A program made the position numbers and the translations under genes. DNA of 64,000 bases from Oculina patagonica (lineage: Eukaryota), in the NCBI RefSeq assembly GCF_052425735.1, contig NC_135770.1:23932001-23996000 (forward strand). The letters run 5' to 3'. Of the stretch, positions 34,001 through 43,787 are shown in pieces. How positions within the stretch are numbered: position 1 is the first letter of the stretch; every line of letters starts with the position of its first letter. The notes beneath the pieces are model-generated. The model saw nothing but the letters and a program-made list of their open reading frames with translations. It was not told the DNA's origin and ran no database searches.

Positions 34001-35606
34001 CTATGCACTGGCATAGGTGCGTAGCATGTAATTGATAAGATGGCTCGTAATGAATGAAAGTTGTGCTCACTTTTTACAATCGAATTATCAGCACACAATG
34101 AGTAATGACAATCAAAAACTTATATATTTGTACCTCCTCCAATTTTGAACGCAGATCCATATTTTGGCTCTTTAACCTTGCAATTTCCTCCTCCAGCTAA
34201 AGCGAACGATAATAGGTTAGCTTAATAATAAATAAATTCAAATATGAGATTTTTATTAACTAGACGCTATTCCGTGGATTGATTTTAAGCTGGAAAGAAA
34301 AATACGTATTTGACGCCTTGAGCGTGAGTCGGCCGGTTAATTTGCGCGTGGCCTAAAAAGTCAAATTAATATGTAGGTAAACATCGTAATCCCACGAAGT
34401 TTCATGCAAAAGTTGAACAAGTCAACAAATTCATTCAGACAAGGAGACAATGCACAGAGTCAGACATGTGCGGCTAAAGTCAGATGTAATTTTTATATAT
34501 CACGAACTGCTGCTAGCGCGGTACTTGCCTCTTTGGTATTTCCGGCGCCAGATGTTTTTTGTGGGGCATCCTTTGCACGCTATGGGAAGATTAAATCAAA
34601 TTAGTCCACTTTGACAGTGTAAAACAAATCAAAAGTTCTATCATGTGAATAACTATAAAAACTCACTCTACGTCGTTTAAGATCTTGGAAGGAAGTTTGT
34701 CCGTTTAATAAGTCACAAAGTAGCTTGTACTGTTGCTCCTCACTTTTTCCGTACAAGTCAATAAAATCGCTCTGAGTTACCCGTACGTTCAGGCACTCTG
34801 GAATCTCTATAACAAGTCGGAAGCATCTGTTTGACAATCTGGCAACCATCAAGTAGTGACCCATATTATGCTGCGGAAAAAAATTACAAAGGGCATTAGC
34901 AAGATAACTTCTGAGGGTAAAAACGTACACCAACAATCATTTCACTGGGATGTAGTTCAGTCGTGATGTTTCAGAGGTAGTTTAGACATCACACTATGCC
35001 ATTTCGAAGTATCACGCACAGCTAACTGAGATGAATATTGGCAAAGTTTGAAGTAACGATATCTCAGGAGTCTTAGTTATGTAGAAAACTTACTGGTTTC
35101 CATTCTTCCATAACTGACTTCCTCCACTTCGAATACACTTCTCCCTCAGGTGGTTCTTGCAATTCATCAATTCCGCAACGGGCGTACAATTGCTTTCTAA
35201 TTTTTTTCACCGTATCTATGAAATCCGGCGGTCGGCTGGAAATCCTTCCAGCAGGCGTTTGGCTTATGTCCCCTTGAGGCTTCGGTGCTATCTGCCTCAG
35301 GCTCGGAGAGTAGTGCAGCTGGTGGGCCGGGAATGTCATAAGCGCGTATGGCGGCACACCATAATGGAATGGAAAGACCTGTTCCTGCGAATTTGGCGGC
35401 ATTACGTACCCCTGAGGAGGATTAACTGTGTTCAGGGGGATTGATCTGGCAGTCGCAATCGAAGTTTGCTGCTGCTGAGGCAGCGCTGGTTGATCGGTCG
35501 GTACCACTGGAGTAGAATGTTGAGGCATTTCTGGTCTAGTGTTTCCGCGGATTGTTTCAGCTGCTTCGCCACTTTGTTCATTATAAGGTACTTCGCGAAC
35601 ATTCAT
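25063..35606 (-). CDS. Transposon accessory protein, ~602 aa, 14 exons: 35606-35094, 34870-34667, 34579-34529, 34196-34134, 27866-27783, 27699-27571, 27274-27152, 27054-27019, 26767-26699, 26589-26497, 26067-26017, 25900-25858, 25740-25694, 25365-25063
   Basis: Exons with canonical splice sites (one GC donor) sum to 1809 nt with no internal stop. P/Q-rich N-terminus, helical domain, coiled coil (LEEEIARLKSQNMDLRSKLEE...ELEQYRRDVDLLLEE), S/D/E-rich linker, and C-terminal DEWVAVAYEQDLYFFGKIEKKSKKKVSVTFL...FYWPQKKD barrel-like domain. Confidence 0.75.
28176..28193 (+). other. Primer binding site, tRNA-Lys(CUU) type
   Basis: TGGCGCCCAACGTGGGGC directly after the 5' LTR, the known tRNA-Lys1,2 PBS sequence. 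Confidence 0.85.
28209..33704 (+). CDS. BEL/Pao gag-pol polyprotein (~1830 aa)
   Basis: Gag LPKLYLPKFKGD..W..FWDSF; three Cys/His knuckles; protease LLDTGSQ; RT LRVVFDGS, ADIEKAF, YVDD; RNase H FSDASERAY; NPADLPSRG; integrase HHCC, SDNAKTF, APWWGGFWERMV. Domain order PR-RT-RH-IN. Confidence 0.95.
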   Translation: MPPRLKTKSKKTPDKPSTSSMQATTSNLERLRVIREGHRRQVSKLDEELTKILQGEDKDYERLSVMRQLLDGKQESLIEMDQEILSVCEVTTIDKEIEESEEITASIIRLKCKIENASKVNMPSQQHVGSPQTTAQPVNQNAVRTRLPKLYLPKFKGDVTKWNTFWDSFQSAVHRNEGISNIDKFNYLNSVLEGAAARAIQGLTLTEANYDAAIKLLQERFGRPQQIISAHMDQLLKVSPCFNDRPASLRYVYDQICVHSRGLASLGVTSDQYGSLLIPVIMSKLPPEIRLQIARNSKDSVWKIEELLNVIKVEVEAREASEMTMAKTSEGGKSQSPGRDSKFRNQTPTANSLVSQQGGSFKIKCAYCRNEHYSASCVVVRDTAERRSILERDKRCFNCLRFDHETKECTNPKKCRLCQQRHHQSICSMLDQGKPKEVSAEEMKTTTTVSNKAKGTVLLQTAKAVAVNDGNSKTACVRILLDTGSQRTYITNRLKSRLNLSPVKSETLHLNTFGDERYTKQQCDVVNLRLQGSQGEIEISALCFPKICSAVSAKVNIDNHTHLQGLELADISIAETGQQDIDVLIGSDYYFDVVSADVIRGSSGPVAVSSMFGWVLSGPTSAEESREKFTTTNLIIERPELMTLSPCDILSENDELCDALQKFWDTESLGVREEPPVSQSDGEEFLESIHFDEKEGRYEVGLPWKESLVPASNEYELCVTRLRQLHSRLKKNKELLKDYDNVIKDQINSGIIEAVPEHDDDQAPMHFLPHHGVIRSDRETTKLRVVFDGSAKSDKSTASINECLEKGPNLVPHLFDIVVKFRGYPFAVVADIEKAFHQIQISPEDRRMLRFLWFDDIEKDCPQIKQFQFRRLVFGLTPSPAILASTIKHHLSKYEEKEPEVTSLLSSSLYVDDLAGGVFRENETVNLYDKAQEIMKEGGFSLRKWNSNCQSFREKIKQDEERKGQSVMEAPAEESETAFNLKREESASAKDVKPETEQFVKILGIYWDVIRDEFHYDLSELIEYAEALPATKRSVLKLSAKIFDPIGLLTPFTISMKVLFQCLCVEKVNWDESLEGEALAKWKTFINDLNALKNIRVPRCYANYSPTQSTVCSYQIHGFSDASERAYAAVVYLRTEFSNGETQVNIMTSKTRVAPIKRQSIPRLELLGASLLAQLVHSTQQTIQSVLPIEGTFLWTDSFTTLCWIKNAKAWKPYVQHRVSKIRELSNEANWNFCPGELNPADLPSRGCGGEQLAQNQSWWNGPKFLRLSRDHWPKSPQTSALSENKDALQEVVKNPVSVTHSLVTTESKDHSVNLSQVIDIERYSSVTRLLRVTAYVLRFIRNAKKSVSNRETPKSPEQSSRKELNAQELNKAEMLWIKTVQTASFAKELEFLQSKRGTFPPVYVTQFNLFLNDQQIIRCKGRVSNAPLSEESKNPILLPSKHPLTNLIIQDVHSKIKHSGIRDTLTTIRERFWVPRGREAVKRILRKCVTCRRVEGAPYRPPPTPDLPMERVSLDPPFAHTGLDFIGPLYIHNGKSSKEKGSDKVYICLFTCASTRAIHLELTPSLSVESFLLAFRRFVNRQGLPVTLLSDNAKTFRSASKDIRKIIQSDEVMRYLTDNRITWNFIIERAPWWGGFWERMVKVVKQPLKKTVGRTTLNYDELQTIMVEIQAIVNARPLTYVYDDEESISTPLTPSHLITGRRITYEPSNQHFQVVSVNQTLTKRAKHHQRLLQQFTKRWQHEYLLSLRERANERCKNQNKESPISVGDIVIVKSDLKKRTFWKLGKIQELLPGRDGQIRSAKVKVAGKGERKPQVLRRVIQDLIPVEVSE

Positions 35607-36155
35607 GCCTGAATAAAGTTTTGGGTCAAATCTTAGTACTCGCTAAATTTAATCGTGTTCGTGCTCACAAGTACGATGTACTTTATCATCAAGCCGATCG
35701 GAAGCAGCACGAAAATATATGCCGTGACTCTTTGCGTACACGCTTTGAACACTTGCATAAGCGTCATGAATAGAATAGAATGTCCATTCTGGACAGTCTT
35801 GAAACAAACATAATTTGCGCGTTTTAGTAAAGAAAAACAAAGCAGAAATGAAAATAAACTTCAAAAACATCGATCACAAAAGAACGTGTCCAAATTTTGT
35901 GAAAAAATCTGACAAGTGCATGTTCACGTCACGAAGATAACTATTGGTACGAACCACTTAGGTTTCCGGTGATCTTAAGCAACGTTTGGTCCAAGTGTCA
36001 CACGACTCTTAGCCTTTTTTCAAAACAGTTAATCTGAATTTCTCTTTAAATCTGTGTCATCGTTGTATCCCAATTAAAGAAATGCCCCACTTCAAACATT
36101 TCGAGGTATTTTTCCACTATTAAATCTATCTTCATCGATTTGCCCTAAAAATTAT

Positions 36156-36254
36156 TTCCATATCAAACTGTTTTGATTCAATCAAAACAGTTTGATATGG
36201 AATGCGCGCCTTTTAGCTTAACCAATCATTGGTTAAGCTAAAAGGGCGCGCATT
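36156..36254. promoter_or_regulatory. Two adjacent palindromes in the divergent promoter region of the transposon
   Basis: TTCCATATCAAACTGTTTTGATT-C-AATCAAAACAGTTTGATATGGAA (23-bp perfect arms), then AATGCGCGCCTTTTAGCTTAACCAAT-C-ATTGGTTAAGCTAAAAGGGCGCGCATT (26-bp arms, one bulge). TATA-like TATAAAA at ~36288. Confidence 0.75.
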
Positions 36255-36508
36255 TCATATGCAATTATAAATGAGGCGGGAAAATATCTATAAAAAGCGG
36301 AGCAGCAACGACATCCTTTCAAACCTAAATACGAACATTCGTATCAACGACGATAGTTTGATCGGAATTGATTGTTACAAGTAACATAGCGTTCCTTGGG
36401 GTTTTGCTGTGTGCATGTATCCAGCTTTCGTTGCAATCCCCTGTAAACGAGCCTGCCCTAGTGGAAGAGCTGGTTCCGGCAAATGAAAGAGAGAATGAAC
36501 AAGATACG

Positions 36509-39500
36509 ATGGGATCCCGGCGTGCGATTGTGAACACTTCAAGAAAAAGAAAAAGCACTCTAAACCAGGTACCGATTTTTTCTGAATATGCCTTTTATTT
36601 GTCCCTTTTTTTTGAACATGCTCCCATGATTATTTCTTTGTCACCGGCCAAGTTTGATGAGCCACGCGTATCCAAACTTTCCTGCGCGCCTATTTTGACC
36701 GGTCGTTATGATCAATTTCTTGTTTTCCGTTGCAGAAGGAAAAGCAGTCTTCAGCTCGTACTTCAGTGAGGAAAGAAAAAGCATTATCTGCTGTCGGAGT
36801 AGACAAAGTAATCAACACAAAATGCTGCAAAAAGAGGTGCACAATGAAAATCTTAAATAAAGGCGATGTCTTGAAGTGCAGGAAAACTTATCGCGCGCTT
36901 TCAGAAGAAGAACAAAGATCATTCATTATGAGTTTCTTTACGTTATCTGCCTATCACCACCAAGGTAATTTCGCTGCTTTCTTTTTTCTTTTTGAATGTC
37001 TTAACTCGAAACAACGGAGCAAATTGATATATGAGTGTTATTCCTACTTACTTTCCCGGCTAGACACCTCACCGGCTGGGCCTTAACTAGAGTTGGACTT
37101 GAAATAAACATGTCCTCGGCTGGTATTTTTGTATTGTCGTTATTAATAAGATTTATAAATTTGTTTCTTGAATTTTTAAGGAAAAAGGCATTATACTTTT
37201 CGGGCAAATGGGAAGGAGGTATGCAGAAAAGCTTGGCTGGCTGCTCACAGTATTTCACGAACTACGTAAGTTACAGTAGCTTGTGTATTTTTGTGTATTT
37301 TTAGTTAAATCCGTTTCCGTTTATGTTTTCGCTGTCATGAATTATAGTACAAAATGTTTTTTAACATGTAAAATTGTGTTACAAATTTATAATGATGTAG
37401 ATTAAGTAATGCTGCAGACTAGAGGGGACATGCTGAAAATAAGGTGTTTCTCTGCGTATAGGTTTTACCGCCTACAGAAAGAATTCGAACGCGATGGTCG
37501 TTATTCGCCAGAGGGAGCCAGAAAGGGGAGGAATATGACAAAGCCGAGCACTCTTAAGGCTGAATCTTGGTTTAATGGTTGGTAACTGTATGGTTCTTAG
37601 TACATACAAAGATATATTTTGGATTGTTCAATGATCATAATAAACTTATTCAATAGAAACGGCACCAACGTCTTTGCATTCAAGCGCCGAAAACGTCGAA
37701 CTTAAATAACCACCTGTTTGAACCATAGCCTACGGCTTAAATTATTTGCTTATTTTTTTCAAAAGATTACATTGCAAGCTGTGCAGATCGAATACCAAAC
37801 GAAGACAAGTACTGTCTTCCAACGTGCCTTACCAAACGAGAGGTTTACCTAACCTATAGAGATGATTTGAAGAGTGCTGGCGTGCGCACAGTATCCTGGG
37901 CAACCTTCTCCCGAATGTGGAAAAAAAGGTTCCGAAATGTCATCATTCCTAAGGTATGGATGAAAGTTGAATAAGAAGTATCGCTGACCTACAATAACAA
38001 AAGGTCATTTATTTACTGTAAACCACATGCGGTTAAAAAGCTTACGGGGTCAAAAAGCTTAAGGGGGACGCAGGAGTGAATCTGCTTCAAAACACTACAA
38101 CCCGAAAAATGGCTTTGCCATTTTCCAAGTTAAAAATGTCACCTAAACTGTGGTATACATCAACTTAAAAAACATTCAGTTTCAACTAAGTTTCTCTCTG
38201 TGTGTCTTCTTTAATTTCCTATTTGTTTCACACGTTGTACCTTACCACGTGGACTTGTATAAACTCATGTAATTCTCAAATCGATTACAATGTAAAATTA
38301 TGACAGGCCCATCAAAACTGAAGGCTACCATTTTTTCTGTTTTTATACCGACTATCTTTACATAGGAAAACAAGTTCACCAAATGCGGGGTTTGCGTGGC
38401 CTTGAAGTTATGTCTTCAAGGAACAAACAACAAAGACAAGAGGAGGTCTCTCGCGTACAAAAGAAAAATACACAATGAACAACAAATGTAGGTCATGATC
38501 ATGAAATATTTGAGCTGCTTTATTTATTATTAAATCTGGTTAGGGATCGAACTAATGCCAAGGTTATCTCGTTTAAGGGCTGAAAGGAGAGCGTATTACG
38601 CCAACTGTTTAAAAGCAGAACTCAATCCAGACCAGTATTTATCCTTAATAATTGACGGCATGGATCAGTCAAAAACAAATCTTCCACACGCAAATTGCCT
38701 TTCCAAGGTAAGCAATGAAATATTCGTACACTATTTGTTTTAAGGATTTGTTAAAATTGTTATGAGAACAATTTAATTATTCAGTCTAGAGCTGTTTCTG
38801 CAAAACAAGGTGTTCAAAATCAAGTATGTTGCTGTGTCAGCGAAATGGAAATAACATTTATTCGCAGTTTTCATGTTTTCATTCCAAAATGTTTCCTCCC
38901 ATTAAAAAGGACTGTATGACTAATTGATTTTATTATCAAATCTATATTCATCCTTCTTTTGTCCATGTTTCTTCGTGCTTTAGGATGAAACATACCACTT
39001 TTTAAGAACTCATGTAACTGGAGCAATTTCGCACGGACACGGCAGGATCTTCAGCTACATCGATCTAATGAGATGGCCACATGATTCCAACCTTACGCTG
39101 AATGTCCTACTACAGATTTTTGTGGAGCTCTCCGAGGTATTGAAACATGTTTAGATTACTTTATGCTTATGAGCGTGCACCATTTTTTGGACAAAGATTA
39201 AAACTCGGCACACAAGTACTGAGAAATTGGGGATATTGCAGCATCATACCATAGATAAAGTCTTTGTCTCTTCTTTAGGAAGGACGCTTGCCTCCGTACC
39301 TTTTCCTGCAAATGGACAACTGTTACAGGGAGTGCAAGAATCGATACATTCTCGGTTTCTGTTCACTTCTTGTAGAGAAAGGCATTTTTAAGGAGGTAGG
39401 TCGACCATTATCTTTGATTACAAGCAGTAAACAGTCATCGTTCCAAATTATGTCGTTTTCGATTCCTAGCATTATTTCCTGTGCTGAGTCTTTTAACTAT

Positions 39501-41071
39501 CTTTTCTTTTCTTTTTTTGTTGTCTTTTCATCTTGGCAGGTTCGTTTATCATTTCTTATGGTTGGACACACGCACGAAGATGTAGACCAGGTATTGAATG
39601 TGAATCACGTCAAGTTTAATTTCGCTATACACATCGTGTACTTGGTCAAAAAATTCCGCAAACGAACACAGAAAGGTCCCTCTACGTTTCTCAACTAAAT
39701 AGACACCGAAATACTCAATGCTATTACGTATTCAGAGAGTTTCAAAGTACCTATGGTGAAACGTGTCTGACCAAGTATCTTCTTCTCTTTTTAACTTCAG
39801 TTTTTTAGTAGAATTTCAAGACGACTACACAAGAAGGATTCGATGACGTTGCCGGCATTAGTCAGAAACATCCACAAGGCCCATACCCCTGCTCCAGACG
39901 TCCATGTGTTAAAGTACGTTTTCGATATCAAGGCCTGGCTCGAGCCATACCTCAACAGCGTCAAACGCCATGTGTACCCCCACGCGTACAAATTTTTTAA
40001 GAGGGATGGCCGAGTCACTATGAGGTACAAGAAGTGGGCGAACGACAAGACTTGGCTGCCGGATGGTCCTAGCCTACATATGCTCAACGGCAAACCAAGG
40101 GGAATTCCCGTCCTTGTTAGGCCCGAAACCAAGAAGCTGATGGACATCAAAGATCTCCAAGAGTCCGTTAAGAAGTGTTCACGGCTGACTAACGAAGACC
40201 AAATGTGGTGGTCGTCATTTGTTAATAAGGAGAAGGCGTTCCGTGCGAAATGGGCAACTGCCTCTGCGGACATGCTGGCAAAGGAGAAACGGTCAGAGTG
40301 GCAGTTGGACAAACTAAAAAATCACCGTCCGGTTAAGGCACCGTCTGAAACTGATCCTGACCAACAGCAGCGGGAAGAAACCCTGGAAAATCTCCTACAA
40401 AAGGCGAATCACTTCCCTGATGTAAGCTGTGTATAAAATGTTATTAACCAAAATCTCAATATAACACAAACGTTATGTGAAGATGTTCGAGTTATCGGGA
40501 GTTCGAGTTACTGGGAGTTGAGAACAAATGATACACACACAAAATTATTGACATTATTTTTAAAGAAGGAGGCAAAGCTTCATTTTAAAACCTGAACGGC
40601 CCTGAACTGCACTGACACATTTTCTGTAACGCGAAAAGAAAGAACACTAGTCTGCCCCAAAATAAATTTAATGTTTAAGACTACAGTACTATATTTTTGT
40701 CTTATCACATCTTGCAAACGTGGTTCGAGTTATCGAGGGTAAAATTGTATAGAAAGTGACCTGAAGGGAAATAAAGATTGGTTCGAGTTAGCGGGAGGTT
40801 CAATCTATCGAGGGTTCGAGTTACTGACGGTAAAATTACAGTAAATGTATGAAAGAAATCCTTGAGAAATTAATGTCGGTTCGAGTTAGCGCGAGGTTTC
40901 GAGTTATCGGGAGTCACCTGTACTAGTATGACTGCATTTCGCAACGAGTCAGTTGTTTTGTATTTCACTTCCTTACGTTTTCCATGCTTTTACTTACAGG
41001 TCATAGTGCAGGAAAAAAGAAAAAACGGAGAAACTGTTCAAAGGAAAAGAAGAAAAACGACCAACAAGTAG
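36509..41071 (+). CDS. Sola1-like DDD (RNase H-fold) transposase, ~647 aa, 12 exons: 36509-36568, 36736-36964, 37181-37265, 37462-37577, 37766-37953, 38366-38487, 38578-38707, 38984-39136, 39279-39395, 39540-39590, 39801-40421, 41000-41071
   Basis: GT-AG exons sum to 1944 nt in one open frame. N-terminal CCKKRC and VCRKAW..HSIS, FTKCGVC, and candidate catalytic aspartates in IIDGMDQ, LQMDNCYRECKN and GHTHEDVDQFFS. The start codon is uncertain (frame open from 36368). Confidence 0.8.
40484..40921. mobile_element. Truncated MITE with TTCGAGTTA repeats in transposase intron 11
   Basis: Multiple GTTCGAGTTA(T/G/C) subterminal motifs, ending GGGAGTCACCTG-TA. Confidence 0.55.
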
Positions 41072-41732
41072 ATTTCTCCAAAACGTCTGCAGGAATGATG
41101 CCTCTGATAACAATGTCATGAATGGTTGATTCAAGCAATGACAGGCGCTACTTCAGGAACTATATTAAGTGATTTAACATTTCATGCTTGTACCTGCTTG
41201 TGCAACTTACGGCAAGCGCAATAATATTTTGATGGTTTTTTTTTCTAAGAATTTGCTAGCCAAATAGATTAGCTGAAATAGAGTTTTTGGTAAAGTCTAA
41301 CGCAACCTTTAATTTATGAACGTGCGAGGTTGGAACCAATAACATTTTTTCCTGACAGAGAAAAGACGAAAGAAAGAACAACACTGATTACAAGTTGAAA
41401 ATCAAAATTACAAGCTGCTTCTGTCATGCCATGGTAATGCATGCATGATGCATGACATGCACAAAAGTCTAGCAAGCTTGGGCCATAACCTTTGAGTCAT
41501 TTGTATTTCCAAGTGTACCTAACTACAGACACCTAAACGCTGCCCAGCAACATACATTGTAACATTGTAACATACATACATACACAACATACATCTGCAA
41601 CATACATTGTAGAAAAGACGTTATAATTATATCAAGAGCCTTAAAATTGTAATTAGTGTATGTTGCAGTTTATAATTAGTTGATGGATGAAAACAACATA
41701 CCGCCATCTAGTCTATAAAAAAGTCTATATTG

Positions 41733-43697
41733 CGTTTAATAAATGGTCACGCAAATGAAAAGTTCGTTTCAAGTTCTGTGTACGCACACCAACCCCCTGG
41801 GATATCAGTTGTCTTACACGTGTTCTATTCAGTGACGTACGCCTACGGTGACGATCGCCGAGCCTCTGTTATGTTATGGGCTCTGATCTGTAATGTAGTT
41901 TTTAATGCTCGAGCTGTTTTGCTTGAAACGGGCAGCAAAATCAGTCACGTCTCCTTGTTATAAAGGTCTGACAGGGCTTGTATAGGGAGCTAGATGGTAA
42001 AACACGACGAACATATGGTGAACAAATGAAAATGAAAGTGGGCTTTCTTTCTAAGGTGAGCTTAATCCCGGTTAGTTCTGATTGTTACTCTTTACTGCCA
42101 TTTCGAAAACATTTTGGCGTGCACACTAAAATGCGCTTACTAGTGGCCGTAAAATCTCAATAACATTTTTGCAACCATTTTGGCGGTATAAATTGCACAC
42201 TTTGGCGCCAAAATAGATGAATGAAGTAAATTAAATAACTATACTGTGTTTGCCGCGTTCGTGACTTCCGCCGTTTTAATATCTAAACTCTTAAGTATTC
42301 GTTTTGGTGTTTGCATAAAGAAATAGGATAGCGCTTAGAAAGCCATTCTAAAGTTTTAGACTAATAACCAACATATTCTGCGGTTGCCAAAGTTGCATCT
42401 TTCTAAAATCTTATAGACCCTTGTAGTAAAACTTCAAAGAATCGCGTCTATTTTATTGGAACCGATGAAGGATTAACTCCAGTTTTGAAATCAAGGCGAT
42501 GTATTTTACAATTTATTCAAAACCATTGACACTATTCCATCGACATTTTTTCGATTATACAAATGTGAGACGACTTTGGTGACCTGCAGTATCAGTCAGC
42601 AAAGGTCAATAGACCGAAGCAAAAACACTTGGGTGTCTAACGCGATCATCACATAAATTTTGAGAAATAAAATACTGTTTCACCTAATACCGTAATTTTT
42701 ATGAAAGCGACGCTTATGCGTATTATGTGATGAATTTTTCGCCGTGTGTGGGTAATATCTATCAACTTTCAAACGATAAGCAAACAAAATGTGCTAGCAT
42801 TGTCACGGTGTGGCTTTGTTGAGCCGTTATTTTGCGCGCGATGCGGGCATAGAAATAACGGCGAAGTACTCTTGATCAAGACTCTAATTGAATGTCCTCT
42901 CTATTATTTTATGAACAGATGAAATCCTTTTATTCATAGTGGAGTGAAACAATGTGACTAGTTTCCTAAAGTCAGTTTGGGACAAGAAAGAAGCAACTGA
43001 ACGTCTGACATGACAAGTCATTGCCTGCTGGAAAGCAGTGGAATGTCAACAGTTGCCATTTGAGAACTGTTATTTCCGGCGGCGGTCTTTGGCGGTCTTT
43101 TATAACGATTTCAACTTTTTTTGTTCGCAAACTGAAACTCTCTGTTATAGAGTGCTTTGATGAAACAAAGCAAATTGTATTACCAACTCACTGAAGATAT
43201 TAAAACTATTTGTAATGAATTGTGTTTTTATAGCAAAGAAAGTTTACAGAACATTCACATAACATTCAAGTTTTTGGTTCAGTAGCACGGGCCTTACAAC
43301 AAATTCGATAAAAATTTCACTTTTTATCATCTGATCTTAATGAAAGAGAAAACCATTTAAGTCTGAAACGAAAATTCGAATGACGTGTGTTTTAGTTAAT
43401 TCAAGGTATGTGAATGCATGTGTTCCAGTCTTTTCTTAGCAAACAGGAATTTTGGTTTTTGCTCCTAAGAACTTCATTGGCTAAAATGTCTAACATTAGC
43501 CGACGAAAACTGAGGTATTATAGCCTGTTAACTTGTTATTCAATAACAAGCTTGTTATTGGATATAATGGCTTTGTTAGCAGATAACATTAGGTCAACTT
43601 TTAGCCAAAGATAAACCTGACCCTGATTGGCTCTAATACCTGATAACAGGAAATAACAGCTAACACCAATTAGTCCCAATTATAATGAACGAGTCCC
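41733..43697 (-). repeat. Right TIR
   Basis: Reverse complement of the left TIR; near-identical from ~42940 to 43697. Confidence 0.9.
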
Positions 43698-43787
43698 AAT
43701 TAAATAATAAAGGCATGTTCCAAGATGGTGGAACATGCCTGACGAGGCTGAGATTTCAGCAAAATTTATAGCAGTGATACAGAGATA

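Larger units (their letters stand above)
22761..43697. mobile_element. Giant two-gene DNA transposon (Sola1-like) with ~2.1-kb TIRs
   Basis: Termini GGGACTCGTTCATTATAATTGGGACT... / ...AGTCCCAATTATAATGAACGAGTCCC; flanks TATT / AATT. Identical mirror ORFs at 22844-23044(-) and 43414-43614(+). Encloses a DDD-transposase gene and a divergent accessory gene. Confidence 0.85.

Noticed and set aside
22761-43697. Polinton/Maverick identity (similar size, long TIRs)
   Set aside because: No pPolB, capsid, packaging ATPase or 6-bp TSD; the only integrase belongs to the nested BEL element.
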